Position numbers and translations under genes: made by a program
Shown: one piece after another, positions 16,466-29,280 of the stretch
Position numbering within the stretch: position 1 is the stretch's first letter
How the letters are laid out: the number at the start of each line of letters is the position of its first letter
Source: Octopus vulgaris
Taxonomy: Eukaryota
DNA length: 64,000 bases
Direction of reading: 5' to 3'
NCBI GenBank assembly: GCA_951406725.2
Contig: OX597823.1
Coordinates: 84,816,001 to 84,880,000, forward strand
The notes under the pieces: model-generated
Database searches by the model: none
Seen by the model: only the letters and a program-made list of their open reading frames with translations
What the model was told of the DNA's origin: nothing

Positions 16466-16680
16466 GGAGGTGGATGGTTTCGTGATTAGGGTGTTGGACT
16501 CAGGATCATAAGATTGTGATATTGAGTTCTTGAGCCAAACACCTCATTTCACGTTGCTCCAGCCCACTCAGCTGGCGAAAATGAGTAACCCAGCGACGGA
16601 CTGGTGCACCGTCCGGGCAGGTATATTATATACGCCAGAGAAACCGAGAAGCCGGCTCCATGATCCTTCCGGACAAATAT
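16466..16680 (+). mobile_element. SINE family D-related, decayed
   Basis: cttgagccaaacacctcatttcacgttgctccagcccactcagctggcgaaaatgagta central domain. Confidence 0.6.
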
Positions 16681-16704
16681 GTTTAATCATATTCTATTAT
16701 TCTT

Positions 16705-17155
16705 ACATTCTTTTATTTCTTTACTTGTTTCAGTAATTTTATTATGGCCATGACGGAGTACCGACTTTAGTCGAACAACTTGATCCCAGGACTTATTCTT
16801 TGTAAGCCCAGTACTTATTCTATTGGTCTGTTTTGCCGAACCGCTAAGTCACAGGGATGCAAACAGACCAACATCGTTGTCAAGCGATGGTGAAGGGACA
16901 AACATAGACACACAAATACGCACACACACACAAACAAACACACACACACACACACACATACACACACAAACATATATTTACACACATATATACGAGGGGA
17001 TTCTTTCAGTTTCTTTCTACCAAATCCACTATCAAGGCTTTGGTCGGCCCGAGGCTATTGTAGAAGACACTTGCCCAAGGTGCCACACAGTGGGACTGAA
17101 CCCGGAACCATGTGATTGGGAAGCAAGCGTCATACCCACAACCACTCATGTACCT
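16705..17155 (-). mobile_element. SINE family B
   Basis: Same diagnostic blocks as 11895-12340. Confidence 0.9.
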
Positions 17156-17254
17156 ATATAAATTCAGTAAAAAAAAAATGTGCATGGGACAAGGGTGAAA
17201 TTTTGAGACATTTTAGAGGAACAAGGTGCATGCCATCAAATACGGAAAAGTGAA

Positions 17255-17622
17255 TCGTTAGCACAGCCGGGCGAAATGCTTAGCGGTATTTCGTCTGCCA
17301 CTACGTTCTGAATTCAATTTCCGCCGAGGTCGACTTTGCCTTTCATCCTTTCGGGGTTGATAAATTAAGTATTAGTTACGTACTGGGGTCGATATAATCG
17401 ACGTAATCCGTCTGCTTGTCCTTGTTTGTCTCCTCTGTGTTTAGCCGCTTGTGGGTAGTAAAGAAATAGGTATTTCGTCTGCCGCTACGTTCTGAGTTCA
17501 AATTCCGCCAAGGTCGACTTTCGGGGTCGATAAATTAAGTACCAGTTGCGTACTGGGGTAGACCTAATCTATTACCCCCCTTCCCCCAAAAATTTGGGAC
17601 TTTGTGCCAAGAGTAGTAAAGA
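17255..17622 (+). mobile_element. SINE family A, tandem partial dimer
   Basis: ggtatttcgtctgcc.ctacgttctga.ttcaa.ttccgcc.aggtcgactt occurs twice, with two different 3' tails. Confidence 0.85.
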
Positions 17623-17777
17623 AACGCTGATAGATTTTATAAAAGTTATCTCAAGAGATTTTCTATAGAAATTATAGCCAACACGCATTATCTAGTATAT
17701 TGTGGTTGCATAACAAAATACGGTGTTGCCCATATCGCTTAGGAACAGACTTACACTCTACAGCATTATATATTTAT

Positions 17778-18089
17778 ATCACCGTGATCACCGTGACCGA
17801 CCAGGCTATCAGATGTTGCTATACATCGCTGGTCACAATACGCTTCGCATTGCTTTAGCCTTCAAATCACGCCCACCCCGCTGGCTAAGCGAGCAGACCA
17901 ACAGAAGAAAAAGTGAGAGAAAGTTGTGGCGAAAGAGTACAGCAGGGATCGCCACCACCCCCTGCCCGAGCCTCGTGGAGCTTTAGGTGTTTTCGCTCAA
18001 TAAACACACACAACGCCCGATCTGGGAATCGAAACCGCGATCCTACCACCGCGAGTCCGCTGCCCTAATCACTGGAGCATTGCGCCTCC
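17778..18089 (-). mobile_element. SINE family C, full length
   Basis: Reverse complement of 19698-20000; tRNA-like head ggaggcgcaatg..cagtg.ttagggcagcggactcgcgg...ggtttcgattcc. Confidence 0.9.
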
Positions 18090-18296
18090 AAATATATTTA
18101 TATACTTAGCTGAAATCAAATTTTGATGTTACGCTTTCTTATTATTCATGACGAAAAAAATCTAAAAAATACTCCTTTAGAAACAACCGTTGATCGCCTC
18201 ATTAAAGGGATTAGTTTAATCATTTAAATTTTTAGGTTTACTGCATCAGGTTGCTACGCAAATTAATATTATATATATATATATATAAACATGTAC

Positions 18297-18347
<51 letters not shown>

Positions 18348-18551
18348 AAGTAGATAAATGAATTATCTTATTACGGATAATTCAAATGATAACCTATACC
18401 TGGGTAGTAAAAATCACAACAGAAAAAGCACGGTTCAAGTTACGACCATGGGGCATAAAATCCGTGCCTTAGTGCGGAAATTTGAAGTTTTATATATTAA
18501 GTGTAGGAAGAAATGGAGCTGAACGAAGATTTAACAAAATTCCTTTTTATT

Positions 18552-18638
18552 ATTTTCTACATATGTTTCGAAGGCTGCAAAGTCCCTAATTCGGTTTGAA
18601 TAAGGAGTCCATTTTGCAACCTTCTTCTTCAGGAAAAT
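18552..18638 (-). ncRNA. Type I hammerhead ribozyme (mirror copy)
   Basis: attttc-CUGAAGA-a-gaaggttgcaaa...tttgcagccttc-GAAA-catatg-UA-gaaaat on the minus strand. Confidence 0.7.
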
Positions 18639-18670
18639 CCAGGAACTTAATTCTCCAATTAAGTTCCTGG

Positions 18671-18756
18671 ATTTTCCTGAAGAGAAGGCTGCAAAATGGA
18701 CTCCTTATTCAATCCGAATTAGGGACTTTGCAGCCTTCGAAACATATGTAGAAAAT
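18671..18756 (+). ncRNA. Type I hammerhead ribozyme
   Basis: Stem I attttc/gaaaat; core CUGAAGA (18677-18683); 12 bp stem II gaaggctgcaaa/tttgcagccttc; GAAA (18739-18742); palindromic stem III acatatgt; GUA cleavage triplet (18748-18750). Confidence 0.8.
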
Positions 18757-18806
18757 AATAAAAAGGAATTTTGTTAAATCTTCGTTCAGCTCCATTTCTT
18801 CCTACA

Positions 18807-18927
<121 letters not shown>

Positions 18928-19069
18928 GTGCGTATATATATATATATATGTATATATATCTTTCACACTTTGCACTCCACTTTGACCCGTCTCTTTCTCT
19001 CTCTCTCTCCTCCTCCTCCTTTGTTCCTTGTTCCCTTTTTTTCTCTCTTCCCCTGTCCCGCTCACACGT

Positions 19070-19552
19070 GACTAACTTTTGGACTGCTGTCCTGCCTTTT
19101 CGTGATCAACAGCCGTATAGGCCAGACACATTTTATTTCTCTCTTCGCCTTTAGGCAATTTTTCAATGCACCAGCTCCAGTTCACCCGTCCTGTCCAAAA
19201 GACACCTGTCTGTAACGTTTTTGTTATTATTATTATCATTGTTGTTTTTACGTATTTTCGTATTCTTGTTCATTTTATCATTATTATTTTTACGTATTTT
19301 CGTATTCTTATCCGTTCCCGTCCTTGTTTTGTATACATTCGAGGCTTTCTTCCCAAGAATCTAACGCCCTTGGCTTAGATTTTCCTTTGGGGCTGGCCAG
19401 GTCGGAGCAATCTCAAAATTAATCAGCCGAAATTGCGAAGATGATCCGGTTTTTGACTGAAGATCGAAGGCTTCGAATGTCCCGTCCGTTTTATTGTATC
19501 GTCTTCTAAATGTTTTGCGTTCTTGTCCCAGTTGGTGTTTTTTTACATTTAT

Positions 19553-19555
<3 letters not shown>
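19070..19555. mobile_element. Unclassified repeat family F (opposite orientation), between (TA)n tracts
   Basis: Reverse complement similarity to 60612-61130 and 47445-47900. Confidence 0.7.
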
Positions 19556-19605
<50 letters not shown>

Positions 19606-19606
19606 G

Positions 19607-19697
<91 letters not shown>

Positions 19698-19699
<2 letters not shown>

Positions 19700-20000
19700 A
19701 GTCGCAATGACCCAGTGGTTAGGGCAGCGGACTCGCGGTTGTAGGATCGTGGTTTCGATTCCCAGACCGGGCGTTGGGAGTGTTTATTGAGCGAAAACAC
19801 CTAAAGCTTCACGAGGCTCGGGCAGGCGGTGGTGGCGATCCCTGCTGTACTCTTTCGCCCCAACTTTCTCTCACTCTTTCTTCTGTTGGCCTGCTCGCTG
19901 AGCTAGCGGAGTAGCGTCATTTGAAGGCTAAAAACAATGCGAAGCGCATTGTGACCAGCGATGTGTAAGCAACATCTGATAGCCTGGTCGGTCACGGTGA
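19698..20000 (+). mobile_element. SINE family C, full length, inserted in (TA)n
   Basis: tRNA-like head with A/B boxes (cagtggttagg; ggtttcgattccc), ends gtcggtcacggtgat. Confidence 0.9.
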
Positions 20001-20262
20001 TATATATATATATTAGACAAATTGGAGAAAAACATGAAACATTAATAAAGAGGGTTCACTCGGATGAAGTCATGTCTACCGTATAAGGATCTTCCACGTG
20101 GCACGCTTGAACAATTGTGAAGATCTCTTTACATGAAAATCATTCGTTGTCTTGTGAACCAACAAATACAGAATATTTATCTAACAATGCGTCGCTGACC
20201 ATTCATTTTCACTGTTCGATATTGGCGTACAAAACTTTGTATATATATGTGTGTGTAAGTGT

Positions 20263-20326
<64 letters not shown>

Positions 20327-20454
20327 ATGTATGTATGTATGTATGTATGTATGTATGTATGCATGTATGTATGTATGTATGTATATGTCAATGTGTATAT
20401 ATACGCATGCATATATTGACGTGTGGATGCATATCCGCGGCAAAATAATTATGT

Positions 20455-20660
20455 ACATAACATTTCCATCAAGAATAAGGACCCTGTATGGTAACAACTT
20501 GGTTTCCAAGTGTCCACAATTATTCAACATTCTGCTAAAAAGCCTCCGAAATTTATGAAGTGTAGATGTGGATGTATTTAGAGAACGTCTACATAAATTT
20601 TGATCTGGAACACCAGATGGACGCACATCACTGCAGGACGCAGAAACAAGACATGCCTGC
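20455..20660 (+). mobile_element. CR1-type LINE, ORF2 C-terminal fragment
   Basis: PSRIRTLYGNNLVSKCPQLFNILLKSLRNL*SVDVDVFRERL resembles the ORF2 end of the copy at 31120-31760. Confidence 0.6.
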
Positions 20661-20909
20661 TATTTCACTAGATGCCATATAGACACGCTATTTTACTAGA
20701 TACCATAAACCGAATCACACTGAAAAAATGTGCCCCGACATAATCTCAGTCTTTCGCTGAAACCAGCAAGAGACATGAGCTTGTAAATTGATACGTCTAC
20801 ATAGAAGCACTGAAGTGCAACACAAAATAGATTTAAGATAGTGTGAAATATCAAATTTTATAGAAGGTGGATGTTTCAGAAAACGGAGTTACTGGTTGCT
20901 AAGTTTTTC

Positions 20910-21075
20910 AGGCGTGGCTGTGTGATAGGAAGCTTGCTTACCAACGACATGGTTCCAGGTTCAGTAGTGTGTGGTATCTTGAGCAAGTTTTTCTACTATA
21001 GCCTCGGGCCGACCAAAGCCTTGTGAGTGGGTTTGGTAGAAGGAAACTGAAAAAAGAAGCTGTCGTATATATGTA
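20910..21075 (+). mobile_element. SINE family B, 5' half
   Basis: ggcgtggctgtgtg...ggttcag...ctactatagcctcgggccgaccaaagccttgtgagtgg. Confidence 0.85.
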
Positions 21076-21084
21076 TATATATAT

Positions 21085-21419
21085 CGCATGGCTCAGTGGT
21101 TAGAGCGTCGAGCTTACGATCGTGAGGTTTTGAGCTCGAATCCCGGACCGGGCTGCGTGTTGTGTTCTTGAGCAAGGCACTTTATTTCACGTTGCTCCAG
21201 TTCACTCAACTGTAGGAATGAGTTGCAACGTCACTGGTGCCAAGCTGTATCGACCTTTGTCTTTCCGTTGGATAACACTGGTGGCGTGGAGAGGGGAGGC
21301 TGGTATGCATGGGCGACTGCTGGTCTTCCATAAAAAACCTTGCCCGGACTTGTGTCTAGGAGGGTAACTTTCTAGGTGCAATCCCATGGTCATTCATGAC
21401 CGAAGGGGGTCTTTACCCC

Positions 21420-21420
<1 letters not shown>
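21085..21420 (+). mobile_element. SINE family D variant nested in the TA tract of the preceding SINE B
   Basis: tggctcagtggttagagcg...gagctcgaatccc head; cttgagcaaggcactttatttcacgttgctccagttcactca domain; distinct 3' tail. Confidence 0.85.
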
Positions 21421-21503
<83 letters not shown>

Positions 21504-21790
21504 CAATAATAACAAAGGGTGAAATTAATTAATTAACTAGTAATCAATAATTTCAACAAGTAGAATTCGGCACCAAAAGGGACGATTTCTCGGTAAACTT
21601 AAGTAATATTTTATAATTAGGGTTCAGCAAAGATTTGCTTTATCACATACCGAAGTTTAGTAATAGCAGCCAGTGTCTTAGCTATTTCCTCTACTTTAAA
21701 AAGAGATTCCCGGACAAAAACAAAGTACTCGAAAAACAATCCACACAGGCAGAGATGAAGAATAACGAAAATCAATCGATATTTGATTAC

Positions 21791-21872
21791 CCATGTACGC
21801 GTTTCAGAATTAGCTCGGTATAAAGAATGTAGAATTTATACTTTATCCGGAACACTTTCCTCATCAGCATGG
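21791..21872 (-). ncRNA. Type I hammerhead ribozyme
   Basis: Minus strand: ccatg-CUGAUGA-ggaa...(long irregular stem II)...ttct-GAAA-cgcg-UA-catgg; canonical core, 5 bp stem I, palindromic stem III acgcgt, GUA triplet. Confidence 0.82.
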
Positions 21873-21894
21873 AACTTCATATATATATATATAT

Positions 21895-23136
21895 GAACCT
21901 CAGAACTCTCTGCATTCAATAAAACAGTGGACCAAAATGTGTTTGCAGTGCCAGGACTCATAGCAACATTTGGACTGCTTCGTTGGACGCTTGATGAGAT
22001 CCGAGCCATTGATGGGAAAACCTGAAAAATACTAACAAGCATGCATAATTTCCACACAAACAGTGACGTAGACCACATCAACCTAAAACAAAAACAAGGC
22101 GGTAGATGCTTAACATCAATCCAATATGCCTTTCAATGTCACTTCATATCCCTTTGGCAACATCTATTAACCACAGGGTGTCGAAGTGCATCCCATGACT
22201 AATTTTGCATACACGAGGCTGATAATATCGTAAGATTTGGCAGGCAGCTCCTTCAGTAGTATTCTTTGTCTCATAACCTAGAATAAATGCCCAAAGAAAT
22301 CGCACGACTCTACCGCAAAGTACGATCCGATGAAAAGATGAGACTATATGAGCAGAAGACTATGAATGAATTTGCTAGTAGAAAGCTTCAAGATGATAGT
22401 AACATCAATCATCAAAGCAGTTTATCACAGACCAATAGCCGTATTACTACCTCCCACTTTGAAGGGTATGCGTTTGCAATCCAGTAACAGGAAATATCAT
22501 CCAAGTACCTGATGTACAAAAGGGACAAAGATGCAGGAAGAGAAGTAAAATGTGACAACCGTTGCAGACTTTGTGGAGTTAACACTGAAGATATCACCTA
22601 TATCTTAAGCAGATGTCAGAAAATATCATCACAGTATTACCGACCGATGAGAGATGATGCCGTAGCTAGGGCACTCTAAGGAAATCTGTAGAAAAGATAA
22701 CTCCGAAGACAAAGAAATAAAACCCACAGTATGTTAGAAGCCATAGCCATTCATAATAAAAAAAAAGGAGTACTGGTGGAATGTTCCAATGACGACCTTA
22801 ATAACATGTAAGCACAACAGACCTGATATAATGATTTGGGAGGGAGATGAAAAACTACGCTCAGTTGTGGAATAGCTGCCCAGCTGATGTTAAAATGAAA
22901 AAGGAAATACCTATGCTGAACTATTGAGAAATCTGCGGTTACTCTATCCAGATTACAAGTTCAGGTTTATACCTGTAATTATTGGAGCACAAGGATATGT
23001 AAGAGACTGACTAAATAACAATGTTGAGAAAATAGGCTTCTTAAAACTAGAAAAGGGAAAGCTAATTCGAAGACTACAAACGCAATCCATCACTGAAACA
23101 GTAAAAATCTGTAAATCTTGCCAGAAGTTTTTCATT
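21895..23136 (+). mobile_element. 5'-truncated R4/Dong-type non-LTR retrotransposon (post-RT region, CCHC knuckle, restriction-like endonuclease), pseudogenised
   Basis: Hand translation: FAVPGLIATFGLLRWTLDEIRAID...SDVDHINLKQKQGGRCL; FEGYAFAIQ*QEI...CRLCGVNTEDITYILSRC; WWN...CKHNRPDIMIW; PVIIGAQG; many stops/frameshifts; followed by (CATA)n. Confidence 0.85.
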
Positions 23137-23569
23137 TAAGTATATATGAGCATGTCTAGATATATAACTATACGCTTGAGAATGCATACATAAAACATAC
23201 AAATCTGCACATACATACATAGATACATACATACGTACATACATACATACATACATACATACATACATACATGCATACATGCATACATACATACATACAT
23301 ACATACATACATGCATACATACATACATACAAACATTCTTACATACATACATACATACAAAAATAACCTGTTTTTGATGTTGAAATTCCAATGAAGGAGC
23401 CTTGAATCTATGTTAGAAAACGGTTCTTTCTCTATTGGAAAGAAATCTTGAAATAAAGCGGAACAATGATATACATACATACATACATACATACAGACAG
23501 ACAGACAGACAAATATATATATACATACATACATACATGCATACTCACATACATATATAAGTATATTCT

Positions 23570-23940
23570 TTTATTCTTTTATTTGTTTCTTCTATGCGGC
23601 TGCTGTCCTTGTGGGGCACCACGATGAAAGCTGGAATGGAGCACCACAATGAAAGGTGGAGCACGACCGTGTAAAAATGTAGGGCTTTGTCGTACACATT
23701 TATACACACACACACACACACACGCTAACAAACACACGCACACACACAAACACACACACACGCATACAAGCAAACGCACACACGTATAAATTGTATACGA
23801 CGGAGTTCTTCCAGTTTCCGTCTACAAAATCCGCTCACAATCTTAATGGGCCTCAGGCTCTAACAGAAGACGCCGTGGGTTTGAACCCTGGACGATGTCG
23901 TTGAGAAGTAAACTTCTTACTACTTAGCTTAGCCTTCGCC
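23570..23940 (-). mobile_element. SINE family B, decayed
   Basis: tacgacggagttcttccagtttccgtctacaaaatccgctcacaa block plus internal CA tract. Confidence 0.65.
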
Positions 23941-24389
23941 TATATATATATACACACAAACAAACATATTTATCTGTCTATCTGTCTATCTGTCTGTGTG
24001 TGTATATCTCTCTTATCATAAATACATACATGCATACGTACACACACGTACACACACACACGTTGTTGATCATTTTGCATATCTGAAAAGTGTAATCATT
24101 GTTCAAAATTAACAATGCAATATACATATGTACGTATGTATGTGTGTGTACTTAACTATTATGTATATATGTGAGCATGTGCGTATATGAGCAGCAGTGT
24201 GTAACTGCTCGTGTATATATCCGTACATATAACTCTTTCATTTCATATGCATATATTTGAATATATTAAGATAGTGCCTAAATGCATACATACATAAATA
24301 CTTACATACATACATACATGCATACATACATACACACAAAAATATGTCCAGTCAAAATGTATACGCGCACACATAAATACTCATAATTT

Positions 24390-24392
24390 ATA

Positions 24393-24428
<36 letters not shown>

Positions 24429-24502
24429 TGGATAGATAGATAGATAGACATAGATATAGATATATGCATATATATATGTATATGTGTATATATATATATA
24501 TG

Positions 24503-24565
<63 letters not shown>

Positions 24566-24606
24566 GTATAGATGTATATATGTATATATATATACGTACA
24601 TACTTA

Positions 24607-24667
<61 letters not shown>

Positions 24668-24740
24668 TATGCGTGGATGGATGGATGTATATATATATGT
24701 GTGTATATATATATATATGTATATATATAAAAGTATGTAT
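24390..24740. repeat. (TA)n microsatellite field
   Basis: Direct reading. Confidence 0.9.
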
Positions 24741-26619
24741 TCATGTATTATATCCATTCGTATCATATGGATATCAAATTATGTGAATTATGATTAATAT
24801 ACGTGTTTTATATTCAAATATATGAAACCGTACAGTTTAAAAGCCTGTGTAGTAGTATGTTCTGACTGATTCTGTTCTATAATAGAATCATTCTGTATGA
24901 TTATGTTAATGTGTGGAATTTTCTGTGGGCAATTGAAATACTATTTGACGTTAGTAACAATGCAGATAATGATGTTTTGTCTCGTTCTTTTAAATCAAGT
25001 TCTTTCTGTCGTTTTGTCTCATTAGAAAATACCACACCACTCCAAGAATCGAAATGTTTTCTATGAGAAGCGTACCACGGTCTCTCTGACAAAAATGTCG
25101 ACAGGAGTTGTAAACAAAATTTTTCTGTCTGTGTAAAAGAGAGACATGTTAGGAGATTTCTTAGATAGAATGACATAGTATTTTCTGTGTATGTCTTAGG
25201 TAAAGAGTAATAATATATTGGCTGTTAATGAATGTATTGTTGGATATTGAAATAAACAAAGACGATATGCTCGATGGGAATCTAAAATTTCAGAATAAGT
25301 ATGATTACCTTTCCATTTGCTGCCTTGAATGGTGCTTGTTATAAAGATAGAAGAGACTTTTAGGGTTAAAAATTTGTTAGTTAATCGTAATTGCAGTAAT
25401 AGACGTAGAACTTTGGCGGGTTTGCTTCAGGGTTCGATATTACGTTATGGTTTTCCAGTACCACCCACCAGCGCTGATACCATATGCTTTTAGTTTGTGT
25501 CTCTTTGTGTAGGCATACATCTCTGCCGTAATGACTGACAGCGCTAGTTCGGGCTGGGATATATGAATCGTGGAAATTGAATCCTCGTGGATAAATTTAA
25601 CCTACCAGTATAAGCAAATTTACTGATTTTTTTTTTCCATTTGTATACTATTACTTTGTTTTTTTACCAAATATAATTTTTAAAAAATCTAAGATTGAAG
25701 CTTTTTTTTTTCTAGGAGTTCAACCAACCTTTATTCACAAGCGAGAAGGATTTGTGAGTTCGTGTTATGGTTTTTCCAGCGGCTTTATGTGTCTGTGTAG
25801 TTGCGAACAGCACAGGCCCTCTCTCGGTCCTGCTATTCTTAACATACCCGAACATTTAGGACGTAATACTTGGAGAGGATAAGAAAAATAGCCACCAGAG
25901 AGGGGAAGCAGAGCGCGTGAGAAGGGGAGGACGTAGGAGACAATGGAAAAGAGGAAGAATAAGTGAGTTTGTGAGGAGGCCCCGGTGCTACTCGCTGATA
26001 GTCATTTTGTCTGAGAAGACTGAAGCAATATAAAATGAACAGCCTTGCTCAAGTCCATGATGTGTCTCTAGTTTAAGACCGTGATACCCTTATCACTCTA
26101 ACCATTAGCCAAAGCATCTTCAAAAATAAAGTTGAAGATTTATTTAATGAATAACTAAAAGGTTTTTAGTTTGGGTTTTGCCTCTGCAATCTGTTCACCC
26201 TTATTTCGTAAGTGAAACAACTAAATGTTATTTTTATTAGTTATTTGAATTAAACTACTTAAAACGGTATTTTAAAACTCCTCCTCGTCTTGTTCTTTGA
26301 TTATGGTAGAAAAGTAAATTCAAAATACTGAACAAAAAAAACTTATTAAGAAAATTTACTTTTTAAAGATGTCAGATGATAAATGGAACGGAAAAAAGAA
26401 AAACGGTCGAAAACCCATGATTTAAGCAAAGTTGTACATTAATATAGCCCTACCTTATGTGTAGTAGCTTGTTTTTTTTTTTCGCTCTGATAAAACTAAT
26501 GAATTTAACTAAATTGTTGATATAGTAATAGTAAAAATTTTAAGAAGTTGTGGCTTTGATGAATTAAATTCAATTACCGTTGAAGCACAAAACTACTGCA
26601 TTTTAATATGGGTTGCAAA

Positions 26620-28092
26620 TTCTACAAGGCAATAAGTTTAGAGGAAAAGATAAATTGATTACAGCAACCACAGTGTTCAACTGGTTCGTATTTTATTGAC
26701 CCTGAATGAATGCATGGTAAAGACGACCTCGGCGCAATTTGAACTCAGAACGCAAAGATGGAATAAATGCTGCTAAGCATTTTTCCCGGCATGCAAACAA
26801 TTCTAGCAGCTCCCCACTTTTACTGCTTCCTTGTATAAGCACTGGACCATGTCATATTTTGTGTATTATTTGGCAGTCAAATCGATTTTAGCGATTGATC
26901 GATGTCTATATTATCGATCCCGTAGTAATTGATTTTCGATTTAAGCATACAACCAACAATTTTGAATGAAGGGTATTGCTTCATACCAATCGACGCCGAA
27001 CCTGACTGGTACTTTATATTATTAATTCCAAAAGGCAATGATGATCTCGGCATCATTTGAACTCTGAGTAAATATTTCTAATTCAGATACAAGGCCAGCA
27101 ACTTTCAAGAGAAGTCACGTCAGTTATAACAATCTCTGTACAATAGCTCTGTCTCATAGTCGGCCGCCAACACTTTTTTTCTGCAAAATAGGGGTAGCTT
27201 ATCCTTTTCAGGTTATATTAATAGCATTATCCTGCGCTTGAGAATTTAAAATCACTTTAACTTTCTAAGACATCTCAACGCTTCTAAAGCAAACATCGTT
27301 TGTTTGTTTACGTTCATCGTAATTTGAATTTTCTGTACAATGTCTTTATATATATTGGTAACAACTCTTTCTACTAAAGAGTGGGGTTGCATTCTATGCC
27401 TTAAACCGAGCATAGAACGGAGCCCCTTTGAGCTAGGAAATGAATGGAGTGCTTGATGTGTGTCTTGTTGTGGCTACTCCTTCCTTAAAAAAATGGGGGA
27501 TAGGCACAAGACCTGAAATTTGTGGGGAGGGGATTAGCCGATTACATCGATTCTAGTGTTCCACCAGTACTTAATTTATAGGCCCCGAAAGGATGAAACA
27601 CAAAGTCAACTTCGGCGTAATTTGAACCTAGAACGTTAAGACGGCTGGGGTGCCGCTAGGCATTTTCCCCCGTAGGCTGCCGATTCTGCCGGGCACGCCG
27701 CCTTAAAAAAATATTGGTAATAATAATTTCTGATATTTTGTGGGAAGGAGCCAGTCAATTACATCGACCCTAGTGCCCAACTGTAATTTTATTAGCCCCG
27801 AGAGAATGAAAGATAAAGCTGACAAGATTTTTAACTGAGAAAGTAAAGACGGACGAAATGCTGCGAAGCATTTTGTCCGGTATCTTGTAAATATTGATTT
27901 CAAATTCTGGCCAACAATTTTGGAGAGGAGGAAGTAAATTGATTTCATCGGTCCTAGTGCTTAAATAGTATTTATTTTATCGACCCCCAATGGGATGAAA
28001 GGCGGCTGTATTTGAACTCAGAACATAAAGACGGACGAAAAGTCTCTAAGCATTTTGTTCGGCGTGCTAACGATTCTGCTAGGTCGCCGCCT
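26620..28092 (-). mobile_element. Cluster of decayed SINE family A copies, same orientation
   Basis: Recurring gattacatcga...gtacttaattta...cccgaaaggatgaaa...ctcggcg..atttgaactcagaac at about 26650, 26980, 27500, 27750 and 27940. Confidence 0.7.
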
Positions 28093-28129
28093 CAGTTATC
28101 CAATCAAATTCTCTTATTCGTTGATTTTT

Positions 28130-28445
28130 GTTACAGTCAGTTGACTGCGGCCAAGCTGGAGCATCGCCTTCAGTCAAACAAATCGAGCCCAGGACTTATT
28201 CTTTGTAAGTCTAGTATTTATTCTATCGGCCACTTTTGCAGATCTGCTAAGTTACGGGGACGTAAACACACCAGCATCGGTTGCCAAAGGATATTAAGAA
28301 GACAAACACAGATACACAAACACACAGGCGGGCGCACACGCACACACACACACATACACACACACACACACTGACACACACACATATATACACGACGGGA
28401 TTCTTTCAGTTTTTGTCTACCAAATCCACTCACAAGGCTTTGAGT
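28130..28445 (-). mobile_element. SINE family B, head truncated
   Basis: ttgactgcggccaagctggagca...aagttacggggacgtaaacacacc...caaatccactcacaaggctt. Confidence 0.85.
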
Positions 28446-28539
28446 AAGAAGAAATAAATAAAGATTTTGAAAATGAAAGGTTAGATTAATAAGGACAAGT
28501 CATGTATATGAAAGGAATGAAGTTAACGATGAAAACCAA

Positions 28540-28830
28540 GACGAAGACGACGACGACGACGACGACAGTGATGATGATGATGATGATGATGGGGATAATT
28601 TAGATGTTGAATGGTATGACGATCATGATCATGAAAATTGAGTGATGAAGATGACAGCGATGACAAAATTGCTGATGTTGTTGATGTTAATGTTGACGAC
28701 CAGGAAGAGGAAGGAGAAGAGGAGGAGAAGGAGGGTGAAGGGGAGGGGGAAAGAGAAGAATTTGGTGGTTTTACCAATGAGCGCTACACATCTGATTCAT
28801 CATTTTATGATGGTAAATATAATAATAATC

Positions 28831-28861
<31 letters not shown>

Positions 28862-29233
28862 AACTCTTCTTCTTACTCCCTTTCTTACTCCACTTCTCTC
28901 GTCACCCCCCTTGCCACTCTCTTCATCAACATCCTCATCCCCGAAGTCGACTTGCTCCACTTCACCTTCCCTTTCAGCTACTTCCTTATTAACACCCCAC
29001 CACCACCACCACCACCACCACCACCACCATCACCACTACCACCTCCACGGCAACCGCCACCACCATCAATGCCACTCCCCACCACCACCACCATCAATGC
29101 CACTCCCTACCACCACCACGATCACCACCACGATCACAACCACGATCACCACCACCACCACCGCCACGGCAACCACCACCACCATTAATGCCAACACCAA
29201 AACAACCACCACCACCACCACCACAACAACCAC

Positions 29234-29269
<36 letters not shown>

Positions 29270-29280
29270 TACCATTGTCA
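28540..29280. repeat. Trinucleotide low-complexity region (GAC/GAT/CAC/CAT)
   Basis: Direct reading. Confidence 0.8.

Noticed and set aside
20055-20145. cggatga followed by a long stem
   Set aside because: No proper GAAA/stem III/stem I arrangement
24901-25176. 91 aa ORF in non-repetitive sequence (similarly 54858-55160)
   Set aside because: No recognisable motif; length compatible with chance or a TE relic
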